Source of the DNA: Candidatus Bathyarchaeia archaeon | Lineage (GTDB): Archaea; Thermoproteota; Bathyarchaeia; Bathyarchaeales; Bathycorpusculaceae | DNA: 64,000 nucleotides | NCBI GenBank assembly: GCA_049512075.1 | Contig: JBEKXL010000001.1 | Coordinates: 224,001-288,000 of the forward strand | Direction of reading: 5' to 3' | Shown here: one piece after another, positions 1 to 10,297 of the stretch | Layout of the letters: every line of letters starts with the position of its first letter | Numbering within the stretch: position 1 is the stretch's first letter | Notes under the pieces: model-generated | Databases searched by the model: none | Seen by the model: the letters and a program-made list of their open reading frames with translations, nothing else | What the model was told of the DNA's origin: nothing | Made by a program: the position numbers and the translations under genes

Positions 1-816
1 CTCCAGAACTTCCAACGTACAGCACAGAGAATGGGCCACGAATTCAATTTCATTTTCAGAGAAGGCATACCTGAGATCCCAGAGTACGACGCGGTCTTCA
101 TAAGAGCCACAACCGACCCACTCTTCACGTCCTACGTGGTTTCCAAGACAGCCTGGGAGCTGGGCAAAAAAGTAATCGATGACCCAGAGTCAATACAGAT
201 TTGCGGCAACAAGATACACCTGTACGATCTCTTCGAAAAGCACGATGTGCCCCACATCCCAACCGTCTTCCTGAACAAGGAGGACTTGCACCACAAACGA
301 CTCGTAGAAGTGTTTGAAACCCTCGGAAAACCCATCGTCGTCAAAGCCCCCTACACCAGCTTCTCAAAATACGTGGAAAAGGTCGCGTGCGAAACAAGCT
401 TCCGCGAGGTAGCCAAAAGATACTTCAGGAAATCCGACATGCTCGCTGTCCAAACATTCATGCCTACAGCCTTCGACTGGAGAGTCGGCGTCCTAAACCG
501 TAAAACACTATACGTGTGCAAGTACATGATCCCAAAGGGCAGATGGAAACATGGAGCCAAACGCAGAGGCAAACCCACCTTCGTCTGGGGAAGAACCGTC
601 GCCCTCAAAACAGAAAACGCCCCCTCCAAACTGAAGGAAGTGGCGCTCAAGGCGTGCGACGTCATCGGACACGGACTCTACGGAGTCGACATAAAAGAAT
701 TCAACGGCAACTACGTTGTAGTGGAAGTCAACGACAACCCCAGCATCTACGCAGGCTACGAAGACTCCCGAAACACGGATCTCTACGGAAAAATCATAGA
801 ATACCTAGTCGATTAG
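1..816 (+). CDS. RimK-family ATP-grasp ligase (5'-partial; frame open to the window edge)
   Basis: ATP-grasp motifs: KPIVVKAP, DWRVGV, YGVDIK...VEVNDNP. Confidence 0.85.
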   Translation, partial: LQNFQRTAQRMGHEFNFIFREGIPEIPEYDAVFIRATTDPLFTSYVVSKTAWELGKKVIDDPESIQICGNKIHLYDLFEKHDVPHIPTVFLNKEDLHHKRLVEVFETLGKPIVVKAPYTSFSKYVEKVACETSFREVAKRYFRKSDMLAVQTFMPTAFDWRVGVLNRKTLYVCKYMIPKGRWKHGAKRRGKPTFVWGRTVALKTENAPSKLKEVALKACDVIGHGLYGVDIKEFNGNYVVVEVNDNPSIYAGYEDSRNTDLYGKIIEYLVD

Positions 817-948
817 ACTCAACTTGTCCAAGAAGCACCTTATGCGCCAACACGATACTGTCGACCAAAAGCACATAGGTTGACGATGAGCCATCGGCAG
901 CTGAGATCATGAGGCAAAATGAAGGATTTGATGTTCGTTGAAGCTTAG

Positions 949-1398
949 CTAAGGCCACGAGTCATGACAAAATCTGCAAAAAGTGTCCAGCAGAACTGGA
1001 ACAACTCTCTCGGCCTCGATGTAGTAGACTACTGAAGCCGATTGGAGACTCCCTCTTGTTCCCTCTCGAACAATCCCAGTCACCATTACCTCACCAAATT
1101 CATAATTGGCGCTGCTGTTCCAAGCCACTCCGATAGCCCCGTTAGAAATGAGTTCGTAATTCCATGGCGGAGCTTCTTCTGGAATGGATACTACGGGACC
1201 ACTGAAGTTGCCTTCAACCTCAACTCGCCTGTTCACCCATGCATCGGGATTGAGCAGGATTTGGTCTATCGAGACTTTTTGTTGGGCGGGATTGAAAAGG
1301 ACGAGTTCAAAAAAGGCCGCAACTGTGCTTATGGCCAAAGCGGCGCAAACAATCACCAAAACCACCGCTTTCTTTCTCATGTTCCTCACCAAGTACAT
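949..1398 (-). CDS. Membrane-anchored hypothetical protein, possible OB-fold
   Basis: N-terminal hydrophobic anchor; SIDQILLNPDAWVNRRVEVEG...VTGIV pattern of extracytoplasmic OB-folds. Confidence 0.55.
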   Translation of the reverse strand: MYLVRNMRKKAVVLVIVCAALAISTVAAFFELVLFNPAQQKVSIDQILLNPDAWVNRRVEVEGNFSGPVVSIPEEAPPWNYELISNGAIGVAWNSSANYEFGEVMVTGIVREGTRGSLQSASVVYYIEAERVVPVLLDTFCRFCHDSWP

Positions 1399-1503
1399 TC
1401 CAGATTGAACTCACATTTAAGACTTTACTTCATCAGATTTTAAGCATCCGAAAACGCATTGATTTATTAAACCCTAGACATAATTGCTTTCGGAAGTGTC
1501 ATC

Positions 1504-2442
1504 ATGGTTCACATAGCAGTTGCGGGGACTGGCCGCGTTGGTGGAGAAGTCGCCTTCAGCCTAATCTTCGAAAGGTACGTGACAGAACTCTCACTCGTCG
1601 ACAAAGCTCCAAATGTTGCTGAAATGACCAAAGAGGAATTGTGCCATGCCATCGCCAGTCACGGTTTTGACATCAAAATAAACGCATATGACGACGCCAA
1701 GCAGGTGAAAGACGCGGATCTGATAGTGATAGCAGCCGGTTTCCCAAGAACACCTGAAATGAGCAGAAGAGACCTGGCGACGAAGAACGCCGGAATAGTG
1801 AAGTCGATAGTGGAAAACACGCTTGAAAACAACCCTGAAGCCTGGTACTTCGTCATCACCAACCCCGTTGACGCCATGACCACACTAGCCAACAACGCCG
1901 CAGACTACAAAAGACAAATCATAGGAACCGGAACCTGCCTTGAAACCTCGAGATTCAGGACAATAATCAGCAGAGAACTGAACGTCCCAATAGGAACAGT
2001 CGAAGCGTACGTGGGCGGAGAACACGGAGAAGCCGCCGTTCCCCTCTGGAGCCTCGTTAAAATCAACGGCGAACCACTTGAGAACTACCTCAGAAAAACT
2101 TCGAAGACGCTGGACAAGGCCAAGTGCGAGAACTACGTGAAAGAAGTCAGCCGCGAAATAATACGCGTCCTAGGCGGAACAAGATACGGCCCAGCCGGCT
2201 CCTTCATCGAAATAATTCGCGGACTCATGCTAAACACGGGCAAAGTGATGAGCTACTCCAGACAGACCCAGTTCAAGAAGAACACTCCTGAACCCGTATA
2301 CGTCACGGTGCCCGCCAGAATCGCAAAGTCGCTCCGCCCGGACCTCTGGGACATGCTGAGCGAGCCGGAGAAAAAGGCAATCGAAGACGCCGCGGGAGCC
2401 ATCTACAAGACCTACCGTGAAGCTTTCGAGGGACAACATTGA
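1504..2442 (+). CDS. mdh: Malate/lactate dehydrogenase family
   Basis: GTGRVG Rossmann motif, AGFPRTPEMSRRDL, ITNPVD, GEHG. Confidence 0.9.
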   Translation: MVHIAVAGTGRVGGEVAFSLIFERYVTELSLVDKAPNVAEMTKEELCHAIASHGFDIKINAYDDAKQVKDADLIVIAAGFPRTPEMSRRDLATKNAGIVKSIVENTLENNPEAWYFVITNPVDAMTTLANNAADYKRQIIGTGTCLETSRFRTIISRELNVPIGTVEAYVGGEHGEAAVPLWSLVKINGEPLENYLRKTSKTLDKAKCENYVKEVSREIIRVLGGTRYGPAGSFIEIIRGLMLNTGKVMSYSRQTQFKKNTPEPVYVTVPARIAKSLRPDLWDMLSEPEKKAIEDAAGAIYKTYREAFEGQH

Positions 2443-3392
2443 TTTGGAAGAACCCAGTTGAGGACTACAGTTTCTCCGACAAAATGTCCGTGGACGAACT
2501 CGTCCTGCAGATGGAAAAAGCCTGGGGATTCACTGCTGGAAAACTGGCCGTGGGCGTGAAAATCCTCGAAGACATGATCAGAGACAAGAAGTGCGTCAAG
2601 TTTCTCTCCTTCACGGGAAACCTCGTGGCCACGGGAGCCCGAGGCGCTTTGAAGGAGTTCGTGAAACAAAAGCTCGTCGACGTTATCGTAACGACCTGTG
2701 GCACACTAGACCATGACGTTGCCCGAAGCTGGAAAGACTACTACAGGGGTTCATTCGTCATGAGCGATGCCAAACTGCACGAAAAAAACATTAACCGCTT
2801 GGGAAACGTTCTTGTTCCGAACGAAAGCTACGGCCTTATCATCGAGAAGAAAATGCAAGGATTACTGCAGAGCCTATGGGAAGAAGGCACCAGAGAGGTT
2901 TCGTCAGCCCAACTGTCCCGCGAGATTGGAAAACGCATCTGCAACGAAAGCTCCATCCTCTACTGGGCAGCTGAGAATGACGTGCCGGTCTTCGTGCCAG
3001 GCATCACCGACGGCGCAGTCGGATACCAGACCTGGCTTTTCTCGCAAGATCACGATTTCAAGCTCAACTTGCTGAAGGACTCCGGACAGCTGAGCGACAT
3101 CGTCTTCTCAGCAAAAAAGACCGGCGCCCTGCTCATAGGCGGCGGAATATCGAAGCATCACACGCTCTGGTGGAACCAGTTCAAAGACGGCCTCAACTAC
3201 GCCGTGTACATAAGCACGGCAGTGGAATGGGACGGCAGCCTTTCTGGCGCTAGGCCCCGGGAAGCAGTTTCATGGGGCAAGATAAACGAGAAAGCCGAGA
3301 AAATCATGATTGAGGGCGACGCTTCACTCATACTGCCCATAATGGTAGGCTCACTATTAGCAAGGGTTGGAAAACCTAGGGAACGTGGCTGA
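2439..3392 (+). CDS. dys: Deoxyhypusine synthase
   Basis: FLSFTGNLV, GGGISKHH, DGSLSGARPREAVSWGK with catalytic Lys. Confidence 0.92.
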   Translation: MIWKNPVEDYSFSDKMSVDELVLQMEKAWGFTAGKLAVGVKILEDMIRDKKCVKFLSFTGNLVATGARGALKEFVKQKLVDVIVTTCGTLDHDVARSWKDYYRGSFVMSDAKLHEKNINRLGNVLVPNESYGLIIEKKMQGLLQSLWEEGTREVSSAQLSREIGKRICNESSILYWAAENDVPVFVPGITDGAVGYQTWLFSQDHDFKLNLLKDSGQLSDIVFSAKKTGALLIGGGISKHHTLWWNQFKDGLNYAVYISTAVEWDGSLSGARPREAVSWGKINEKAEKIMIEGDASLILPIMVGSLLARVGKPRERG

Positions 3393-4437
3393 AGAGCCAC
3401 GAGAGATCCGGCCCTTTCCTCTTCGCCTTCACCCTCTCGTTGAGCGCGTGAGTTATCAGCGGCAAAGCGATCGTCGCGTCACAGTAGCAAACGGCTCTTT
3501 TCCCCGTTGTATCGATTTTCCCCCAGCTTATCGCCTCTTCAAGCGTGCAGCCTGACAAGCCCCCCCACTGCTGCGAATCAGTTGTTATTTGAATCGCATA
3601 ACGGTGTGGATAGTAGTACTCCTTTATCCCCTTGCGCAGGTGACCCTTCCTTCCAGGAACCCCCTCATCCATCGTTTTAGGCGAAACCGAAATGGCCAGC
3701 AGCTGAGTGAAGTCTTTAGGCACGCCGCCGCCTATGTAGATGACGCCCACCTCCTTGGTCTTCTCGCCTATGCCCACGAACTGGTCAAACTCTTTAACCG
3801 CGTCCAGCACGATAGGGTGACCCTCGTTCTTGGCCATCAAGAAAGCCTCGCCATAAGCGCTATCGGTTATTGCCGGACAGAAAACTGGTACATTGTGGGC
3901 TGCTGCCGTTGCGACTATGCTCTTCACGCCTTTCTTGTTCAGGTATTTACCGAACACGTACAGAAGCTCAGCAGAAGTGTAGGGATACGCTTTTTTCAGA
4001 GTCTTGAGACCGTTGGTCATGAGCAACTCCATCTCTCGGTAATCGGTTTCCTTCCCGTAAACGTCGTAGTACCTGTTCACGTCCGCTTTCAAAAGCTTCT
4101 CATCGTCAGCGTAATGCGTGCCCTGCCAGTAGCCGAGCCCCATGGCGTCGACGATGTCCTCCGATACGTTCGCTCCCGTCGAAACAAGAACGTCGATGAA
4201 ACGGTTCTCTATCAACCAATTAACCATTTTCCACTGACCGGCCGTGCTCATCGACCCCGAGAAACCCATGATAATGACCATATCCTTCTCCTTCACCATC
4301 GCTTCCCAAACGTCAACAGCTTCCCCGAGCTTTCTCCCCTGGTAAGCCGTTTCGCTCATTTCAGCCAACAGCTTGGATACGCTCTTCTCTTCAACGTCGA
4401 TGGCTTTTACCTTCCTCTTGAAGTATGAGCTGGACAT
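3376..4437 (-). CDS. Second deoxyhypusine/homospermidine synthase-family paralog
   Basis: STGANVSED, GGGVPKDF, GGLSGCTLEEAISWGK. Confidence 0.88.
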   Translation of the reverse strand: MSSSYFKRKVKAIDVEEKSVSKLLAEMSETAYQGRKLGEAVDVWEAMVKEKDMVIIMGFSGSMSTAGQWKMVNWLIENRFIDVLVSTGANVSEDIVDAMGLGYWQGTHYADDEKLLKADVNRYYDVYGKETDYREMELLMTNGLKTLKKAYPYTSAELLYVFGKYLNKKGVKSIVATAAAHNVPVFCPAITDSAYGEAFLMAKNEGHPIVLDAVKEFDQFVGIGEKTKEVGVIYIGGGVPKDFTQLLAISVSPKTMDEGVPGRKGHLRKGIKEYYYPHRYAIQITTDSQQWGGLSGCTLEEAISWGKIDTTGKRAVCYCDATIALPLITHALNERVKAKRKGPDLSWLFSHVP

Positions 4438-4548
4438 GCTGAAACCTCTCGTTGTAGATTAAGAGTACAGTATAAGAGATTTTTGATTCCGAGGCTCGCC
4501 CAAGAACGAATACGCTTTCAGCTGTGGCATCGAGAATCAGTACGTACA

Positions 4549-4917
4549 CTAGAGTTTGATCGCTTGCCCTTTCCGCTGTTTCTCCCTGCACTGGTCAAGT
4601 GTTTCTACCGCGCGTCGTATGTGCGGAATCGTGATTGAACCGCCCACTATCAAGGCTACGTTCAGCGCTTCAAGAAGCTCTTCGTCCGAGACTCCTTCTT
4701 GAACGCAGCGGATGACGTGATAAGTGATGCAGTCGTTGCAACGTAAGACAGTGGAAGCGACCAAACCCATCATCTCCTTTGTTTTCACGTCTAGAACGCC
4801 TTTCTCGTACGCGCGACTGTCCAAAGCAAAAAACCGCTTAATCCCAAGGTTTCCAGCAGAAAGAATACGCTCGTTCATCTTTTCACGGTAACGCCTGAAC
4901 TCTTCAAGATCGCTCAA
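4549..4917 (-). CDS. Carboxymuconolactone decarboxylase/AhpD-family protein
   Basis: LDVKTKEMMGLVASTVLRCNDCITYH (CxxC...H). Confidence 0.85.
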   Translation of the reverse strand: MSDLEEFRRYREKMNERILSAGNLGIKRFFALDSRAYEKGVLDVKTKEMMGLVASTVLRCNDCITYHVIRCVQEGVSDEELLEALNVALIVGGSITIPHIRRAVETLDQCREKQRKGQAIKL

Positions 4918-5071
4918 AACATTTCACCGATTTCTTTAGCTATGATGACTGCATAAAACACTTTGCACTCTGCCAAACAACCTCAAAATCGGCCTGCGTG
5001 CGCTATGCCTCGTCAGGGGGGGGGGCGTCGTATATGATTGGGTATTATTACCTAGTCCTGGGGTCTCGATT

Positions 5072-5384
5072 ATGAATAGAGGGAAGATTCTCGTAGTAGG
5101 CGGGGCAGGCCTTCTTGGTTCAAGGCTGGTCCGTGCATTACTCAACGGAGAACACAAGGTTAAGGTTCTCGATACAAGGTATGGAGAGCTCGAAGACGTA
5201 AAGCCCCGCGCAAACCTTGGAATTTGTGGGCATAGGAACCGATGAACTGAGCAGAGGAATGGCAGACAAGCAAATTGTCAGAGAAGCGGTTGAAGATGTC
5301 TACGTTGTCTATCATTTGGCAATTAATTGGGATGGTGCAAGCTGGAAACATGAGATTCCTGTCGTAGATTTGTCAAGCGCGCGC
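5072..5384 (+). pseudogene. NAD-dependent epimerase/dehydratase N-terminal remnant (frameshifted, truncated)
   Basis: ATG 5072 gives MNRGKILVVGGAGLLGSRLVRALL; continues in another frame to AVEDVYVVYHLA and ends at GCGCGCGC 5377-5384. Confidence 0.8.
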
Positions 5385-5390
5385 ATGTTC

Positions 5391-7355
5391 TCACATTTTT
5401 TCGGGGGCCAAGATGCCTATCAGGTTGAGGGCGTTCCGAAGCGCTATTCGAAGTGCATGTGTCAGGGCGAGTCTTGCGCTGCTTAGTCCTTGCGGTTCGG
5501 CTCTTATCACCGGAAAAGCGTTGTAGAACGTGTTGAACTTGTCTGCCAAGGAGTTTGCGAAGTCGGCGATGAGGTTTGGCTTGAGGTATTCCGCTGCTTC
5601 TATGAACGCGTCTGGGAAGCTGGCCAGTGTCAGGATTATTTCGTGTTCTAGCTTTTCGTTTAGCAGCTCGAAGGCTGGCTCTCCTGTCTTTTCAGCTGCT
5701 TTCTTCAGGATGCTGCATGCTCTGGCGTGGGTGTATTGAATGTAGGGTGCGCTGTTCTTCTCGAAGTTCAGCACTCGGTCCCAGGTGAAAACTACAGGTT
5801 TCGAAATGTCAACTTCGACGAGCGCGTAGCGGACGGCGCCCAAGCCGACAAAGTCAGCGATTTCCTGTTTCTCCTTTTCTGACAGTTGCGGTGAGCGCTT
5901 CGAAACTTCTTCGTAGGCTCGTCTTACAGCTTCGTCCATGACTTCGTCGAGGGTTATGTAACGTCCTCTTCGACTGGACATCTTGTAGCCTGGAAGAGTT
6001 ACCAGGTTGTAGGCGAAGTGAATCAGGTTGTCCGCTATCTTGCCGTAGCCCAGAGCGTGCAAGGCTATTTTCAATTGCAGTTGAGCAAGACTCTGCTCCA
6101 TGCCAATAACGTTGATGACTCTTTCAGCTCTTTCAAACTTCCACAAGGTGTAGGCCGCGTCTCTGGTGGTGTAAAGCGTTGTGCCGTCTGCACGACCCAG
6201 TGTTAAGGGTGGAACTTCGTGGCCTTCTCTTATGCCAAGCTTGGCCCAAAGCCCCTGTTGCGTGACGACCTTTTCAGCGTCGAACTCCAAAACGCCGCCT
6301 TCAGCGTAGGTGTAAGGTGACTGTTTGAGTTTCTGGAAAACCTCGTTCACGTGTCCGCTCCACACAAAGTCGCTCTCCCAGTCCCACGAGTCGAATGAAA
6401 CGTCGATTCTGCCCAGCGTCTCCCTGAACCCTTTCAGGCACATCTCGCTGACCTGTCGGATTAGCTGTTTGGCCTTCTCTTCCTTCAACTCATAAGCCTT
6501 GTTCAATATCTTTATCGATTCTTCAGGATTCTTGTCCTTAACTATTCTATCCAGCAGTTCCTCGAAGAGAGTCGGATACTTGTCTTTCACCTCCGCGGCG
6601 ATGGAAACCCAATCGTCCAGTTCCCTCGTGATTTTGGCGATTTCCTCTGCGGCCGAAACGGTTTTCGCGTTTTCAAGCTCCTTCTTCAGCCGGTTTATTT
6701 CAACGAGGCAACTCGTGATAGTGTAGATTCTGCCGATGAACTGGTCAGGCTTGCCTTCTGGTTTGGGCTTTCCCAGTTTTTCGTAGCCGTAGGCGATGAC
6801 TGAGGTCTGGCGGCCCACATCGTCAATGTAGAAGTGGCGGCTCACTGTGTGTCCTCTGTTTCTGAGCAGGCGAGAAAGGGTGTCGCCGAGCACGGGGTTT
6901 CTGGCTGTTCCGATGGTGAGAGGGTGAAGGGGGTTTGCGCTCGTGTGTTCAACGATGATTTTCAAAGGCTCGTCCGTCTTGACGAAACCGTATCCAGCGT
7001 CCAAGCTTCTGGCAGATTCAAGGGTCAAGGCTGAGAACTTGGCGAAGTCAACATGGAAATTAACGTAGCCTCCTCCTGCAGCGGCAACACTGCTTATCAG
7101 GGAAAACTCGGAAGGGTCTACGGCCTTGGCAAAGCGTTCAGCCAGCGCTAAAGGTTTCTCTCCCAGTTTCTTGGCGAGCTCAAAACACAATGATGAAGCT
7201 AGTTGTCCAAACTCGGGGTTCGGGGGTTTCTCTATCGCTAAGTTGCCGATCTGGATTTCTGGAAACAGCTTCTTGAAAGCATGGGCTAGGCTCTCCTCGC
7301 ACTCTTTTCGGAAAGCTGCGAAAGGGTTCTCTGCAACGGGTGACGCTTTTTTCAT
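5391..7355 (-). CDS. argS: Arginyl-tRNA synthetase
   Basis: EHTSANPLHPLTIG (HIGH-like), KMSSRRG, PYIQYTHARACSIL. Confidence 0.97.
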   Translation of the reverse strand: MKKASPVAENPFAAFRKECEESLAHAFKKLFPEIQIGNLAIEKPPNPEFGQLASSLCFELAKKLGEKPLALAERFAKAVDPSEFSLISSVAAAGGGYVNFHVDFAKFSALTLESARSLDAGYGFVKTDEPLKIIVEHTSANPLHPLTIGTARNPVLGDTLSRLLRNRGHTVSRHFYIDDVGRQTSVIAYGYEKLGKPKPEGKPDQFIGRIYTITSCLVEINRLKKELENAKTVSAAEEIAKITRELDDWVSIAAEVKDKYPTLFEELLDRIVKDKNPEESIKILNKAYELKEEKAKQLIRQVSEMCLKGFRETLGRIDVSFDSWDWESDFVWSGHVNEVFQKLKQSPYTYAEGGVLEFDAEKVVTQQGLWAKLGIREGHEVPPLTLGRADGTTLYTTRDAAYTLWKFERAERVINVIGMEQSLAQLQLKIALHALGYGKIADNLIHFAYNLVTLPGYKMSSRRGRYITLDEVMDEAVRRAYEEVSKRSPQLSEKEKQEIADFVGLGAVRYALVEVDISKPVVFTWDRVLNFEKNSAPYIQYTHARACSILKKAAEKTGEPAFELLNEKLEHEIILTLASFPDAFIEAAEYLKPNLIADFANSLADKFNTFYNAFPVIRAEPQGLSSARLALTHALRIALRNALNLIGILAPEKM

Positions 7356-7443
7356 TTTGTTGAAGGTTCTCCAGCAGTCTAAGAGATGAGGTTATATTTT
7401 AATCTGGAAAATATCAACCTATCTGAAAAATGGGTGCGCGGCT

Positions 7444-8286
7444 ATGAGGACGAAAATCGTGTTTTCGGAGAAGTGTCTACGCTACGGGTCCTGGCACGTT
7501 GAAGGACCTGAAAGAGTCAGGAAAGCACATGAAATCCTGAGGAGCAAGGGCTACGAGTTCTTGAAGCCAGAACCAGCGTCAGAGGACGACTTGCTCAAGG
7601 TTCACGACCACGAGTACCTGTGGGCGGTCAAGAAGGGACTGGTCGAGGACGGCGACACCCCGGCCTATGACAACATTTTCGAGTACGCAAGACTCTCGGT
7701 CGGAGGAGCCATTCTGGCCGCAAATATCAAGGGGTTCTCGCTCATGCGTCCGCCTGGCCATCACGCGGGAAGGACTGGAATAGCGTTAGGCGCCGCCACT
7801 AGAGGGTTCTGCTATTTCAACAATATAGCCATAGCTGTGAAAAGCCTAGACAAACCCACTCTGATCTTGGACATCGACGGGCATCACGGAAACGGAACCC
7901 AAGAAATCTTCCAAGGCGACAAACAGGTAACATATGTCTCTTTGCATCGGCACCCGAACTATCCTGGCACAGGCACAGCCTCTGAAGGAAACTGCCATAA
8001 CTATCCTCTGCCACGAGATTGTGGAGACACCTTCTACGTAAAGACTCTCGACAAAGCGTTAGGCACCGTTGATATCGGCAGGTTTGAAGTCGTGGGTGTT
8101 TCGGCAGGGTTTGACACGCACGACGGAGACATAGCTTCACTTGGCCTGACGGCGAAAGGTTACAGGGCGATTGGAGAGAGGATTGGATCTTTAAAGAAGC
8201 CCACTTTCTTCGTCCTAGAAGGCGGCTACGAGGGTGAGAACGTGGGGAATGACATAGATCAACTTGTCAGGGGCTTTGAAGTCTAG
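7444..8286 (+). CDS. Histone deacetylase/AcuC-family deacetylase
   Basis: RPPGHHA, GFCYFNN, DIDGHHGNGT, SAGFD, LEGGY. Confidence 0.92.
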   Translation: MRTKIVFSEKCLRYGSWHVEGPERVRKAHEILRSKGYEFLKPEPASEDDLLKVHDHEYLWAVKKGLVEDGDTPAYDNIFEYARLSVGGAILAANIKGFSLMRPPGHHAGRTGIALGAATRGFCYFNNIAIAVKSLDKPTLILDIDGHHGNGTQEIFQGDKQVTYVSLHRHPNYPGTGTASEGNCHNYPLPRDCGDTFYVKTLDKALGTVDIGRFEVVGVSAGFDTHDGDIASLGLTAKGYRAIGERIGSLKKPTFFVLEGGYEGENVGNDIDQLVRGFEV

Positions 8287-8337
8287 CCGCTGTTCATCCG
8301 AAACGGATGCAACGAGTCGAAGAAGACTTAGATGACG

Positions 8338-9141
8338 CTATTTGATGAGTCTCCTTTTCATCAGGTTTATGGCCAGAACGAAAAAGACTGGTGTCACTGC
8401 CGCTATCCACACGAGACTTGGAATAAAGGATAGCTCCCCGCTGCCGAAAATCGACCACCTAGTCAAGTTCACAGTGTGCGTCAACGGCAGAACCGCCTGT
8501 GCAAAGATCTGAAGAGGCCGAGGAAGCAGTGTTAATGGAAAGAAAGTGCTGCTGAGCAAGAACATTGGAGTTATGAAAAGATACTGCGGATAATTGAAGA
8601 AATCTATGTTCGGCGCCAGCGCCGTGAAGCAGAGCCCGATTGCCGAGAACATCAGTCCAGCGAAGAAGGCCACCGGTAGAACCAGCAGGAACAGAGGACT
8701 CGAGATCAGTCCGAAGGCGGCTACGACGCCTAAGACTATGGCGCCACCGATGAGACTTCGGGTAGCGCCCCACAGTATCTCGCCTGCAATGACCTCTTCG
8801 ATGCTTATCGGCGTCGCTATGATGGCGTCGAAGGTCCTCTGATAGTACATGCGAACGAATGATCCGTACGTGCACTCAAAGAACGAGGAGTACATGATGG
8901 TTATCGACACCAAGGCGGGCGCTAGGAACTGTATGTACGATTGGCCTTCTATTGACTGTGTGATTAGCGCTCCCAAGCCGGTGCCCATAGCGGCGAGGTA
9001 GAAGATGGGTTCGAGCAGGGGAGGGAAAAAGTTCGTTTTGAAGGTTTTCATGAAGACGTCAAAGTTTCGCCGCCAGACCTTCCACACCCTATAGGTTAGT
9101 TTGGGTAGTCCGAAACCCTCAGGTTTCTGCGGAGCCGTCAC
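8338..9141 (-). CDS. ABC-2 type exporter permease (NodJ-like)
   Basis: Multiple TM segments, TPMFLLSSTFFP, LPLTH; overlaps the ATPase gene. Confidence 0.9.
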   Translation of the reverse strand: MTAPQKPEGFGLPKLTYRVWKVWRRNFDVFMKTFKTNFFPPLLEPIFYLAAMGTGLGALITQSIEGQSYIQFLAPALVSITIMYSSFFECTYGSFVRMYYQRTFDAIIATPISIEEVIAGEILWGATRSLIGGAIVLGVVAAFGLISSPLFLLVLPVAFFAGLMFSAIGLCFTALAPNIDFFNYPQYLFITPMFLLSSTFFPLTLLPRPLQIFAQAVLPLTHTVNLTRWSIFGSGELSFIPSLVWIAAVTPVFFVLAINLMKRRLIK

Positions 9142-10082
9142 TCTCTCAGTTTCCTCCCTGTCAAGTTCAGGAAGACATCCTCCAGGTTAGCGGCGCGGAC
9201 TGCGGCACCCTTCGTTGGGAAACTCTCAAGAAAGCTCGTGAAAACCCCGTGAGGTTGACTGGTGAACACGTGAATTCTTTCACCCACGACTTCAAGTCTT
9301 GCATCGGGGAATTTTTCTTTGAGCATGTTCATCACTTTTTCGTCATAGTCGACTTCCAGAACTTCCTCTCCGGCATGTTTCTTAACTAGGTCGACGGGTG
9401 CGCCTTCTTCGATGATCTTGCCGCTGTCCATGATCAGCGTTCGGTCGCAAAGCTCAGCCGCTTCATCCATGTAATGCGTGGTCAAGATTATGGTGACGCC
9501 CTGCTTCTTCAAGCTTCTAATCTTGTCCCATATCAAATGCCTAGCCTGCGGATCAAGACCCGTAGTCGGCTCGTCCAACAGGAGAACCTGCGGCTCATTA
9601 ATCAACGCCCTCGCCAATATCAGCCGCCTTTTCATTCCGGTTGACAGTTGGTCGATGACGACGTTTCGCTTCTCTTCCAACTGAGAAAACTTGAGCAGGT
9701 TCTCCGCGCGTTCCAGAGCCTCAGACTTCGGGATGTCAAAATATCGAGCGTACACAAGAAGGTTCGTTATGGTTGTAAAGTCCGGGTCAAGGTTCTCTTC
9801 CTGAGGAGCAACGCCTATCATCTTCTTTATTTCCCTGGGCTTTTCAGAAACGCTCATACCTGCCACAGTCAGGCTGCCCGAAGTCAAGGGTAAGACACAA
9901 TGAATCATCTTGATGGTTGTCGTTTTCCCCGCGCCGTTAGGCCCGAGGAAACCACAACACTCACCCTTAAAAACCTCAAAGTCTATGCTGTCCACCGCCA
10001 GCAAATCGTCGTACTTTTTCGTCAGACCCTCTGCTCTGATGAGGACTTCAGGCATCGTTCCCATTCCAACCCATAGTACCAC
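9138..10082 (-). CDS. ABC exporter ATP-binding protein (NodI-like)
   Basis: GPNGAGKTT, LSTGMKRR, LLLDEPTTGLD, TTHYM. Confidence 0.93.
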   Translation of the reverse strand: MVLWVGMGTMPEVLIRAEGLTKKYDDLLAVDSIDFEVFKGECCGFLGPNGAGKTTTIKMIHCVLPLTSGSLTVAGMSVSEKPREIKKMIGVAPQEENLDPDFTTITNLLVYARYFDIPKSEALERAENLLKFSQLEEKRNVVIDQLSTGMKRRLILARALINEPQVLLLDEPTTGLDPQARHLIWDKIRSLKKQGVTIILTTHYMDEAAELCDRTLIMDSGKIIEEGAPVDLVKKHAGEEVLEVDYDEKVMNMLKEKFPDARLEVVGERIHVFTSQPHGVFTSFLESFPTKGAAVRAANLEDVFLNLTGRKLRE

Positions 10083-10297
10083 ATAGTTTCTTAAGAAAAT
10101 TCCTCTTCTATCCGAATTTCAGCCCGCGCCAAATTGTCAAACACGCGTGGACGAAGCTCAATACACGTAGATACATCCTCTCAGTTTATTGAAGTTAACG
10201 AAAATCCAACCTTATTTTCGTAGTATTTGAGCAGAACCGACACCTATGAGAAGCTATATTAACAACTTGATGTCAAATAGGCTCGCAAGGTGAAAAA

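Noticed and set aside
3589-4428. 279-aa plus-strand ORF and similar antisense ORFs (e.g. 1042-1443, 10273-10812, 27255-27779)
   Set aside because: Shadow frames of well-supported genes on the opposite strand.
5016-5025. Poly-G tract as a phase-variation switch
   Set aside because: Single intergenic tract upstream of a pseudogene, with no further support.
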